In this document: in pieces, positions 55,826 to 64,000 of the stretch | Numbering within the stretch: position 1 is the stretch's first letter | How the letters are laid out: the number at the start of each line of letters is the position of its first letter | Virus record (IMG/VR): IMGVR_UViG_3300021404_000009 | DNA length: 64,000 nucleotides | From: an uncultured virus (IMG/VR IMGVR_UViG_3300021404_000009) | Lineage: Duplodnaviria; Heunggongvirae; Uroviricota; Caudoviricetes | Strand: one strand, 5' to 3' | Program-made: the position numbers and the translations under genes | The notes under the pieces: model-generated | What the model saw: only the letters and a program-made list of their open reading frames with translations | What the model was told of the DNA's origin: nothing | The model's database searches: none

Positions 55826-57723
55826 GGCTTCACCTCCCCATCCCCGCCCCGCCCAACCTCCTCCGGGAATTCAGCCTTCATCGCCTTGACGACCCTCGCA
55901 AACTGCTCGTCAACCCACGCTTCGACGGCCCGCTTGACCTCTTCTTCGGTGGCTCCGTCGAAATCGCGATCCGTGAGCGTGATGTCGCTTCCTGTGCCGA
56001 CACGGATGATGATCGCCGAATGGGCCGACGGACGCCTGTCGCCGATCTCGTGCAGGCCCAAGTCGGGACGAGCCGTGTTAAACACGGTGTAGTATCCGGG
56101 CCAATAGCGCGTCGAGACGCTAACGAAATCGCCGTCAAAATCCTTTTTGCCTTGGCAATCGTCGGTCCATTCGGCAGCGTGCGTCGGGTTATCATTCATC
56201 GGCGTTGGCCTCCGGGGATGCGACGGGCGACGGCGCGTCGGGGTTAGGATGCATCATCATCCTCGCTCTCGTCTTCGATCAGCCCGTCATTCTCGGCCTG
56301 CATGAGCGCGGCGTCACGCACGTTGTCGCGGGCGTCGTCGATCGAAATGCCACGGGCGCGGGCATAGAGCTTGATGGCGATCTCTAGTTGCAGGCCCACG
56401 AATCGCTTGGCGGTCATGTCATGATCGGGCATCAGCGTCGGCCTCCGGGGATGCGACGGGCGGAGATGGGAGGGCGACCAACAATCGATCCGCGATGGCC
56501 CCAGCAATGGCTGCGACGAACAGGAGGACAACAAACAAGTCGGCGCATGAGCCGGGATGCTCAAGATCGTCCCGCGATGGATTAGTGATACGAAGCCGTC
56601 GATCGGCGGCCAACGAGGCACGCTGGCCGGCAACCCACGCCCCGCGGCGCAACTCCGCTGCTTTCGACTTGCAGATACTCGCAGCCTCCCAGTCCTGTTC
56701 GGCCACGAGCCGCTCCGCTTGTTCGTCCCATCCAGCAATGTCCCTCCCGACCTCATCTAAGCCAGGGCGCCCAGTTTTCGTCGCCCGGATTGCCGCTTCG
56801 ATCCCGACCTCGTCGGACGGGAGGAAGGTGTTGCCGTTGACCTCGACCTGTCCTGAGCCGTACGCCCAGTTGAAGGCGTAGTGGCCGCGCGGGCAGAACG
56901 TGTGCTCCTCAACGGTGACCATTGCGCCGTGGACGTCGTCCTTATAGGACCGGCTTCTCATCGGCTCGTCGCAAATCGGGCAGTTCATTGCAGGCTTCCT
57001 CTCGGGGTCAGGAAGGAATGATCTCGGATGCGACGGGCGGAGATGGGAGAAGGTCGCGCCGGATCGTCCGTGCGATCACAAGGGCGCCATCAACGGCCGC
57101 GACCTGGACGCGATCAATCGGGTTAAACGAACCCCGATCGAGCATCATCATCTCGCGGGCTGACTCCCGCTCAATATGCGACGCGATCCTCTCGGACGCG
57201 GCCCTCAGCCGCTCAACCTCGGCCTCCGCCTGTTCCGCCCGCTCCCGCTCCCGGTCCCGCTCGGCGATTGCCGCGGTCAGGCGGGACGGAGCGACGCCGA
57301 TGACGATAGGCACAAGGCTCCCGTGAGGATTGGCGTGTTCCTGTGCCAGTTCTCGCGTGAGGTAGACCGAGATTTCGTCTGAGCCGTACCCGTTCCAGTC
57401 GCCGCTGTCGGAACTCCACGCGGCCCAAATCTCATCGGGAATCACCGGCTCATCTTGGCCCGTCCGCGGATCGGCGGCGGGCGGCGGGGCGTCATCGCTC
57501 ATGGCTTGTGCCCCCGTGGCTTAACGCTAACCATAACCACCTCGACATCCCCGACCTTGCGCCGCAGCCCTTCGGCGAACGCCTCGGCTGACTCGCGGGA
57601 TGGCCAGGCGTGGAACCGCTCGGCTGGATAATGGCCGTTGTATAGGCCGCGACCCAGCATCCCGTCTTTGACTCGGATGGCCCATACTTCCTGGATGTCT
57701 TCCGGTCGCGTTGGCTGTCCCAT
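55822..57723 (-). CDS. Small hypothetical early genes (55822..56199, 56244..56432, 56419..56988, 57008..57502, 57499..57723)
   Basis: Tandem ORFs with GGAGG-type RBSs and shared boundary repeats. Confidence 0.55.
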
Positions 57724-57737
57724 TGCTGTGCTCCCCT

Positions 57738-58226
57738 CTAAAGTGCCACAACCTCAATTATAGCCATGTCCTCATCAGCCGCCGGGTCATACTCCGTCCG
57801 ATGACGCCGGCACATTTTGTCATTGATGTAAACGATCCCCTCTAGGGCATCCTCGGAACTCTTGACGATGTTGCAGATGTCCGGCATCGACGCGGCCGGC
57901 GTCAGAAGAAATTTCGCCCTGAACTCGTAAGGCCCGATATGCGGCAGGCGCCCCGCCATCGCGAGCCGGGCCGCCGCTTGGACGTGGATGCGCCACTGCT
58001 TCAGTTTTGGGCGAACCGGAGCCCCGCCGTTCTTCCCGCGGATGGCCACAGAGAACGGAACCGGCCTAGAACGAACCACAAGGCCCGCCACGACGTCCCC
58101 GGCCGCGTAGTGCTCCCCGCATACCACCTTCTTCGCCGATCGCACCTTGCCCCCTTCCCGGCGATTATGCGCGTACTGGGCCGGAAGGCGGGTCTTGAGC
58201 ACTTTGGCGGAGGGGGGGAGTTTCAT
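57738..58226 (-). CDS. rusA: RusA-like Holliday junction resolvase
   Basis: PDICNIVKSSEDALEGIVYINDK matches the RusA DxDN..K...DAL.G..Y.DD motif, with substitutions. Confidence 0.75.
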   Translation of the reverse strand: MKLPPSAKVLKTRLPAQYAHNRREGGKVRSAKKVVCGEHYAAGDVVAGLVVRSRPVPFSVAIRGKNGGAPVRPKLKQWRIHVQAAARLAMAGRLPHIGPYEFRAKFLLTPAASMPDICNIVKSSEDALEGIVYINDKMCRRHRTEYDPAADEDMAIIEVVAL

Positions 58227-60737
58227 GAAAGGATCTCTTCGAGGGCGGCGCGGATCTTCGTGGTCGTGTCGTCGTTGGTGGACAGCGAATAGATCAGGCG
58301 CAGGAGGGTGGCAGCGTCTTCGGCGATCACGGCGAAAAGCGCGGACTCGACAGAATCAAACCGTATCGACGTGGCCTGGTGGACCATCGTCGCGATCCCC
58401 TTAAACCTATCCACAATCATCGCCCTCACGGCGGCTGCGTGGCCATCGACGGGCATGGGTGGCGCTTCGGCTGGGCAGGTGGCAGTCGTCATCGGCTTGG
58501 CCTCTCATGCCAGGGGACTTCGGAGCCGAGGGGGACTTCGGCGAAAGAGTCGTGCGTCACGATGGCGATCCAGCACTGACGGGCGTGGTCCCATTCGGTC
58601 TCGCCGGAGGCCAGCCCGATTCCCTCCAAGCCGAGACCATCGAACGCGGCGCAACGTTTATCCCAGTCGCCGACGTTGCACATCTCGGCTAGTTCGTCCT
58701 TCGTCAGCAGCACCCGCCGCAGCCGACCGACAGAAGGGGCGGCGCGGCCGTCAACGGGAGCGGGTGGGGCTTCAACCGCTCCGCCGGTCCATGTGGCAGG
58801 GTCGGATGCGGACTTCATGGCAGTCTTGGTCATGGTGGTCATCGATTTGGCCCTCGCTTCTCGGATTCGGCACGGAGGCGGTCGACGCGGGCGACAAGTT
58901 CGCCGGACGTGAGTTCCCACAGGGCAGCAATCGCGGCTTCTTCAGTCGCATAGACGCCAGCCCTCGTGAGGCCAACGCCCGCGCTCCAGTAGCCGTCGCC
59001 CCCTTGCGTCGTCTTTACGGTCCCCATTGCGGCCAGCCCCATGCGGATGGCCAGGAGGGTCAAGGGCTCCGGGGGTTCGCCGTTCGATTCAGCGGGCATT
59101 CGTCTTCCTCGCGTTGTTGTCGCTTCGCATCCCCATGACGTAACCGACAACCGGCGACGCGCCGTCGTCGCCGTCCTCCACGATCAGGGCCGGATTTTGA
59201 TTGGCAAGCGGCCCAATCTTCACCGGCAGATACAGACACGCCCCGTAGTACTCGACCAGCCCAAGATAAAAGGCGGCGATAGTGAACGTCGGACTGAGCT
59301 TGACGCCGATGCCATTGCGGACGATCCGCATGCCTTCGCAGGAGTCACACTGGTAGCTCACGGCCACGAGATCGTCGACCAGCTCGCCGAAACCGAGACA
59401 TTCCGAACACGCGATAAACGGCGCGGGACGATCCGCACGCGACGGGATCGACACGGGCTCGCGGTGGTGGACGATCGAATCGTTGATCCGGTAAAGCTCG
59501 TCGCCCAGAGGCGTCTTCCCTCGGCCCTTCCTCGCCCTATCGATCCGGGCCGCCCGGTCGCCCTTGGCTGGCGTCCTCACGATAATTTTGCCATCCGTTG
59601 CGTAGGCGTAATCGCCCTCTCGCCACGGCAGGGCCAGGTCGTACCGAGACTGCTCGCTGTCCACGCACGCCTTGAAGATCGGAGGCAGGAGATCAAGGAC
59701 ACGCTCAACCCCGAAACTGGCGTCAAGCATCCGCTCGACAGCCTCCCCCTCGGTGACCTCTTCACCAGTCAGCCCGTCGTGAATCGTCGTCTCGCTCATT
59801 CGCTGGTCTCCTCTCAGCCCGGCCGCGGTCGGCGGCGAAGGGCAGTTGTGAACATTCTACGCACTCTTCCGCCGTTCGACTTTCTCAGCCTGCACCCGCA
59901 ACTCCCGCAGCGTCCGCTCGATATCCGCAACGCTCACGACTAGCGATTCGTCGTCGAGCCACGCCGGCACTCGTCCAGGCTTGCCATCTGCGCTTCCGCC
60001 CGCTCGGCCTCCCTGACTAACTGGCGTGCGAGTTCCCTTGCGGATGCCGGTGGAAGAGTTAGGGACATATCCCGAAGGATGCCGACGATCACGACCATCG
60101 TTTGGTCGGGGGTTAGTGTAACGCTGGGGCATGGGATCACCTTGTCACCTCTGTTCCGCGATCAACTGGCCGAGACGCTTCGCGGCCTGTCTTGGACTGC
60201 GCTTCCGCCCGAATCCGTCAAACTCGATCGCCCGATGATGCCCCGCGCAAACGGACGCAAGTTGCTTCGGGTCGGTTCCGTCTAACGCTGCTTTCGTGTA
60301 GCTCATGTGGTGAACCTGTTCGGCTGGGGATTCACACACGACACATGATTCATTGATCCGAAGATGCTCGGCCCGGAGTGCCCGCCAGAACATCGAAGAC
60401 AGGTAGGCTTTGTAGGATGGGAATCCTAGTGAGCGGATAAGCTTGTCCCGCTCTCGGTAGTGCTTTCGGACGTCTTCGGGCGTTCCGAGCTTGGGGCGCA
60501 TCTCTAGTTCCTTTGGGCGAGTTCGCGCAGGTCAGCCTTGACGTCTTCGATAAATTGGTCGGTCTCGGTTTGCTCGCGGGCGATCGACAATTTGCACTCG
60601 ACTCCCGCGTGGTTCGCCAGGATCGCAAGCCTTGCAAGCCCGAATCGAATCGTATCGCCTGGGTCGGCGGCGGGGTGTGCCCCCAGCCGTTCTAGCTCCA
60701 TTCCGAACCTGATGAGTGACGCGCGAATCTGGTCCAT
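58223..60737 (-). CDS. Early genes including a CxxCxGxG zinc-finger protein (59089..59799)
   Basis: YAYATDGKIIVR, CSECLGFG...CDSCEG; the rest are small hypothetical ORFs. Confidence 0.55.
60145..60501 (-). CDS. Small HNH-type (zinc-binding) nuclease-like protein
   Basis: YLSSMFW, CVVC....QVHHMSY, LASVCAGHH. Confidence 0.7.
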   Translation of the reverse strand: MRPKLGTPEDVRKHYRERDKLIRSLGFPSYKAYLSSMFWRALRAEHLRINESCVVCESPAEQVHHMSYTKAALDGTDPKQLASVCAGHHRAIEFDGFGRKRSPRQAAKRLGQLIAEQR

Positions 60738-60746
60738 CGGTTCCTC

Positions 60747-62105
60747 TCAAAAAGGGTGGTCGTCCCGGCCTTCGGGCGGTGTCTCTGGACTGAACGGCAG
60801 GAACTTGCCGCTGTCCTTGCGGAAGAACAACTCGATAACTCCCGTGGGACCGTTGCGGTTCTTCGCCAGGTTCAGCTCGACGTACCCGGGTCGGTCCATC
60901 GGGTCGTAATAGTCGGGGCGATACATGAGCAACACGATATCCGCGTCCTGCTCGATCGCTCCCGACTCCCTCAAATCCGACATTCGGGGCCGCTTGTCCT
61001 CGCGGTTCTCCACACCACGATTGAGCTGCGAAAGCAGTACGACCGGGACGTCAAGGTTGGTGGCCAGGTTCTTGAGCCTTCGCGTGATCTTGGCGATCTG
61101 CTCTTGCCGGCTCCGGTCATCCTCCCCCTTGCTGTTCCCACTCTCGACCAGCGTCAGGTAGTCCACGATCACCACGCCGATGTTCCGGCTCATCTTCATC
61201 CGCCGGGCTGTGGACGTGATCTGGTCGACGTTCCGCGGCGCCCGGTCATCGATGTAGATCGGAGCCCCAGACAGCTCAAAGGCGGCGCGCCTGACCTTGG
61301 ATTCGTCTTTGTGGTCGAGCGTCGCGGAGCGGAATTGGTGCCCGTCGATCTGCGCCCGCGCGGTGATGAGGCGGTCAGAGAGCGACTTCGCTCCCATCTC
61401 CAGGCTTGTCAGGAACGCGGCGGTTGGCTCCCCGGCGGTTGTGACGTTCTCCAGGATGTTCAACGCCAGCGCGGTCTTCCCAGCACTGGGGCGCGCCGCG
61501 ACGATGACGAGTTCGCCCCCTTTCATCCCGGTGATCTTGTCGTCCAGGGCGGAGATACCCGTCATCAACCCGAAGCCTTCGCCTTGCTTCCTCGCCTCAT
61601 ACCGAGTCAGCGAATCCGCGACCAATTCCTTGATGTCGTGGATGTCCCCGGCCTGCCCCTGGCTGAGCGCGGAGATCCCACGCTCTGCGTTGCTCAGTAG
61701 TTCGTCGGCCGTGAAGTTGTTTGAGTAGCAGTCGCGGAGCCCCTGGTTGTGGTACTCGACCAGATCCCGGGCGATCGACTTTTCCAGGACGATCTGGGCG
61801 TAGTAGTTCGAGTTCGCCGAGTGAGGCACACTCCCTAATGCGTCCAGGATCGCGTCCAACCCTCCGGCCTTGGCAAGCTCTCCGGTGCGCCGTAATTCAT
61901 CCTCGATGATGATGCTGTCGATCGGCTTGGAGAGGCAGTAGAGATCCCGGATGACCCGCCAGAGAATCTGGTGGGTGTCCCGGTAGAAATGCTCCGGCCT
62001 CAAGAGAGGCACGATCTCGTGCAAGACCTCGTTGTCGAGGATGGCGCCGCCGATGACGCCCTTCTCCGCATCAAGATTCTGGGGCGGGAGCCTGTCGGGG
62101 ATCAT
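60747..62105 (-). CDS. dnaB: Replicative DnaB-like helicase
   Basis: PPQNLDAE, IVAARPSAGKT, SLEM, VIVDYL, LSQLNR, DLRESGAIEQDAD, KNRNGPTG. Confidence 0.97.
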   Translation of the reverse strand: MIPDRLPPQNLDAEKGVIGGAILDNEVLHEIVPLLRPEHFYRDTHQILWRVIRDLYCLSKPIDSIIIEDELRRTGELAKAGGLDAILDALGSVPHSANSNYYAQIVLEKSIARDLVEYHNQGLRDCYSNNFTADELLSNAERGISALSQGQAGDIHDIKELVADSLTRYEARKQGEGFGLMTGISALDDKITGMKGGELVIVAARPSAGKTALALNILENVTTAGEPTAAFLTSLEMGAKSLSDRLITARAQIDGHQFRSATLDHKDESKVRRAAFELSGAPIYIDDRAPRNVDQITSTARRMKMSRNIGVVIVDYLTLVESGNSKGEDDRSRQEQIAKITRRLKNLATNLDVPVVLLSQLNRGVENREDKRPRMSDLRESGAIEQDADIVLLMYRPDYYDPMDRPGYVELNLAKNRNGPTGVIELFFRKDSGKFLPFSPETPPEGRDDHPF

Positions 62106-63172
62106 TGCCGGGCCGCCGCCTTCCTCGCCTGGGCGGCGCGGACGCGCTCAAGCACCTTGTATTCGTCCGTGGCGATCGGCATGTTGTGCGGCCGCCACCC
62201 GCCCGGCGCGGCCCCGACGGCATTCGCCATCGGCTGTGGCAGTCGAGCCTTGGCGGCTTCCTTGCCCCCGGCGGCGACTCGGGAGATGATCCCGATCAGG
62301 TAGTTCCGCCCCCACTTGCTCCGGTCGACCCGGCGTAGCTCTTCAAGGGCCGTCTCGTAGGCCCAGATCGGATAGGAGCCCTCCCGTTCGCTCACGACCC
62401 GGCGGATCTGGGCGAGCATCGGGAAGTGGACGTCACAGAGAGCCGCCAGCCGGTCGAGCTCTGCCCGGTCGGCCTTGGAGATCAGGTTGGGGGCCTGGGG
62501 GTCGACACCTTCCGGGTAGGGGATCGAACGGACCTCGTCACGCTCACCCCGCGGAGCGGGCTCTGGTGTGTTTGTTTTCTCTTTCTGTGTTTTGTCTTCC
62601 GGCGCGCGTTCCTCTATAGGCGAAGGAATCCATTTGGATTCATTTCCGCATCCAATTGGATTCAATTTGGAATCCATTTGGATTCCTTTTGGAATCCATT
62701 TGGATTCATCCGGTGCATCCAATTGGATTCCTTTCTTGCATCCAACTGGATTCAATCGGGATTGTGCGGGAATGCCTCCGTCGGCGTATCCTTTGGACGC
62801 CTTGCAGTCGGCGACCTCGGCCTGAGTGAGACGGGGGATCTTGGCCGATTCGTAGTCCCGGGGGACCTCGCGGCGGGTCCAGGTCTCGTAGTCCTTTGCG
62901 ATGCCGTAGGAATCGGCCTCCGACGACGTGATCGCCCCGGAGTCCAGGATCTCCCGGAAGGCCCGCTCCACGTTCTGTCGCCGCTGGCCGGTGCGTGCTA
63001 CCACCTCGGCCACCGTGAGCCGCGCCAGGGCGAGCTTGCGGTATCCGTAGACCTGCCCGCGGATCATGCGGATGATCGCTTGGGCTGGCTTGGAGAAGTC
63101 GGCGTATCCGAAGGCGGCGTCCAGCTCGTAAGCGATCTGGACCCACCCGTGATCGGTATCTGGCTTGGCCAT
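62102..63172 (-). CDS. Replication initiator (lambda O-like) with internal origin
   Basis: DHGWVQIAYEL N-terminus, winged helix, iteron-encoded mid repeats, YLIGII C-terminal motif; directly upstream of dnaB. Confidence 0.8.
   Translation of the reverse strand: MAKPDTDHGWVQIAYELDAAFGYADFSKPAQAIIRMIRGQVYGYRKLALARLTVAEVVARTGQRRQNVERAFREILDSGAITSSEADSYGIAKDYETWTRREVPRDYESAKIPRLTQAEVADCKASKGYADGGIPAQSRLNPVGCKKGIQLDAPDESKWIPKGIQMDSKLNPIGCGNESKWIPSPIEERAPEDKTQKEKTNTPEPAPRGERDEVRSIPYPEGVDPQAPNLISKADRAELDRLAALCDVHFPMLAQIRRVVSEREGSYPIWAYETALEELRRVDRSKWGRNYLIGIISRVAAGGKEAAKARLPQPMANAVGAAPGGWRPHNMPIATDEYKVLERVRAAQARKAAARQ
62626..62753. repeat. Six palindromic 16-bp iterons (replication origin)
   Basis: G(A/C)ATCCA(T/A)(T/C)TGGATTC at 62626, 62648, 62670, 62692, 62715, 62738; adjacent T-rich tract 62568-62600. 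Confidence 0.9.
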
Positions 63173-63269
63173 TGGTGCGGATCTCAGTTGGTTTGCCGCT
63201 CCATCGCAGGCAAGTCCTGCCGGGGAGATGCGCCCCGGCTCGCGCTATGACACTTGGGTTAGCAAGACA

Positions 63270-64000
63270 TCAAAATGGGGGCTCTTCGATGTCGTCGCCT
63301 AGGTCGTCTCCGTCGTCCGGGCCGACCGGCGCGGGGGCCGGCGAGAGCGACGGATCGCGGAAGCGGCCCGGCCCCAGAAGCTCCGCGGCCTTCGTGTAGC
63401 CGGCGCGGACCTCGTCCTCGTTCCATTCGATCATCTTGTAGGGAAGGCCCTCGGCCTTGGCCCATGTGTCGACGGCCTTCAAGAGCCCCGCCCCGAAGGC
63501 GTCCTCCTTCTTCTTGATCCACGCGAACAGCCCGCGGCCGTTCTTTGGGCATGTGTCGTCCTGGCCCTTGTGTGCCTCCTGACGGGGCGGAGTCGCGGAG
63601 GACGGGCGTTCCGGCCTCTGAGCGGGGGCCTCACGCTGGGCCGGCTGCGCGTCGTCGTCGTGGACGGGCGTGGCGTGGAGGTCGTAGGTGTCCTCCAGAT
63701 CCTGGGTGAAGATTTCGGAGAGGCACCCGAGGCCCATCGAGGCGTCCACGAGTGCCCGCTTTTTCCCCATCTTGAGGGCGGTGTTGCGTGTGTCGTGGGG
63801 GTTGGCGTTCTCGATCTGCCCGGCCGCCTGGGACTCGATCGTGGGATTGCCGTCGCTGAACTTGGCCCCGCATCCCCCCTTCTTCCCGTAGCAGAGCCAC
63901 CCGCCTCCGTACTCGGACTTGCCGCGGATGATCGTTTCCTTGCCGCAGTCCGGGCAGGTCTTCGCGGCGTTGCGGAAGCGATACTTGCTCTCCATCGTGG
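63270..64000 (-). CDS. Putative single-strand annealing/recombination protein, 5' end outside the window
   Basis: NTALKMGKKRALVDA...SEIFTQDLED, zinc ribbon CPDC...C..C, acidic tail ending EEPPF. Confidence 0.55.
   Translation of the reverse strand, partial: TMESKYRFRNAAKTCPDCGKETIIRGKSEYGGGWLCYGKKGGCGAKFSDGNPTIESQAAGQIENANPHDTRNTALKMGKKRALVDASMGLGCLSEIFTQDLEDTYDLHATPVHDDDAQPAQREAPAQRPERPSSATPPRQEAHKGQDDTCPKNGRGLFAWIKKKEDAFGAGLLKAVDTWAKAEGLPYKMIEWNEDEVRAGYTKAAELLGPGRFRDPSLSPAPAPVGPDDGDDLGDDIEEPPF

Noticed and set aside
60756..61700. 314-aa ORF antisense to dnaB
   Set aside because: Codon-aligned shadow of a conserved gene, with no domain features.
62626..62753. Regular palindromic repeats as a CRISPR array
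   Set aside because: Gaps are only 6-7 bp, the repeats lie in frame in the initiator gene and no cas genes are present; iterons explain them.

Overview
The whole window reads as most of a high-GC temperate tailed phage genome (Caudoviricetes, probably siphovirus-like since no tail sheath gene is recognisable). Nearly all core genes are on the minus strand. From left to right: a divergent small-regulator switch with paired operators (585-1273); an array of small genes with repeated promoter/RBS leaders (2302-3615); a metallophosphoesterase, a P-loop kinase and a CsrA-like gene; tail and baseplate genes including tape measure, a -1 frameshifted tail chaperone, tail tube and a large tailspike; adaptor, major capsid, scaffold and portal; terminase; a degraded IS1-like/methyltransferase patch; a tRNA(CAT)-like gene; a papain-like peptidase and membrane-protein cluster where lysis genes are expected; attP-like DNA, a tyrosine integrase and an Xis-like gene; and early/replication genes (Dcm-like MTase, RusA, HNH, DnaB, lambda-O-like initiator with six palindromic iterons). 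A Planctomycetota host is a weak inference only. The standout observation is that the large terminase carries a 344-aa intein in its Walker A motif, and the endonuclease is not in the intein frame. Instead a complete HTH-HTH-HNH endonuclease gene lies on the opposite strand inside the intein, with its own promoter-like and Shine-Dalgarno signals, while the terminase frame stays open across it. Other oddities: many antisense moron genes at late-operon gene boundaries, a KMSKS aminoacyl-tRNA-synthetase-like peptide, an apparently circularly permuted tail-completion domain, a PTD peptide motif shared by three virion proteins, an orphan DUF3037-like gene, and a short-D-arm tRNA abutting a start codon. 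All family assignments come from motif recognition by eye, not database searches.
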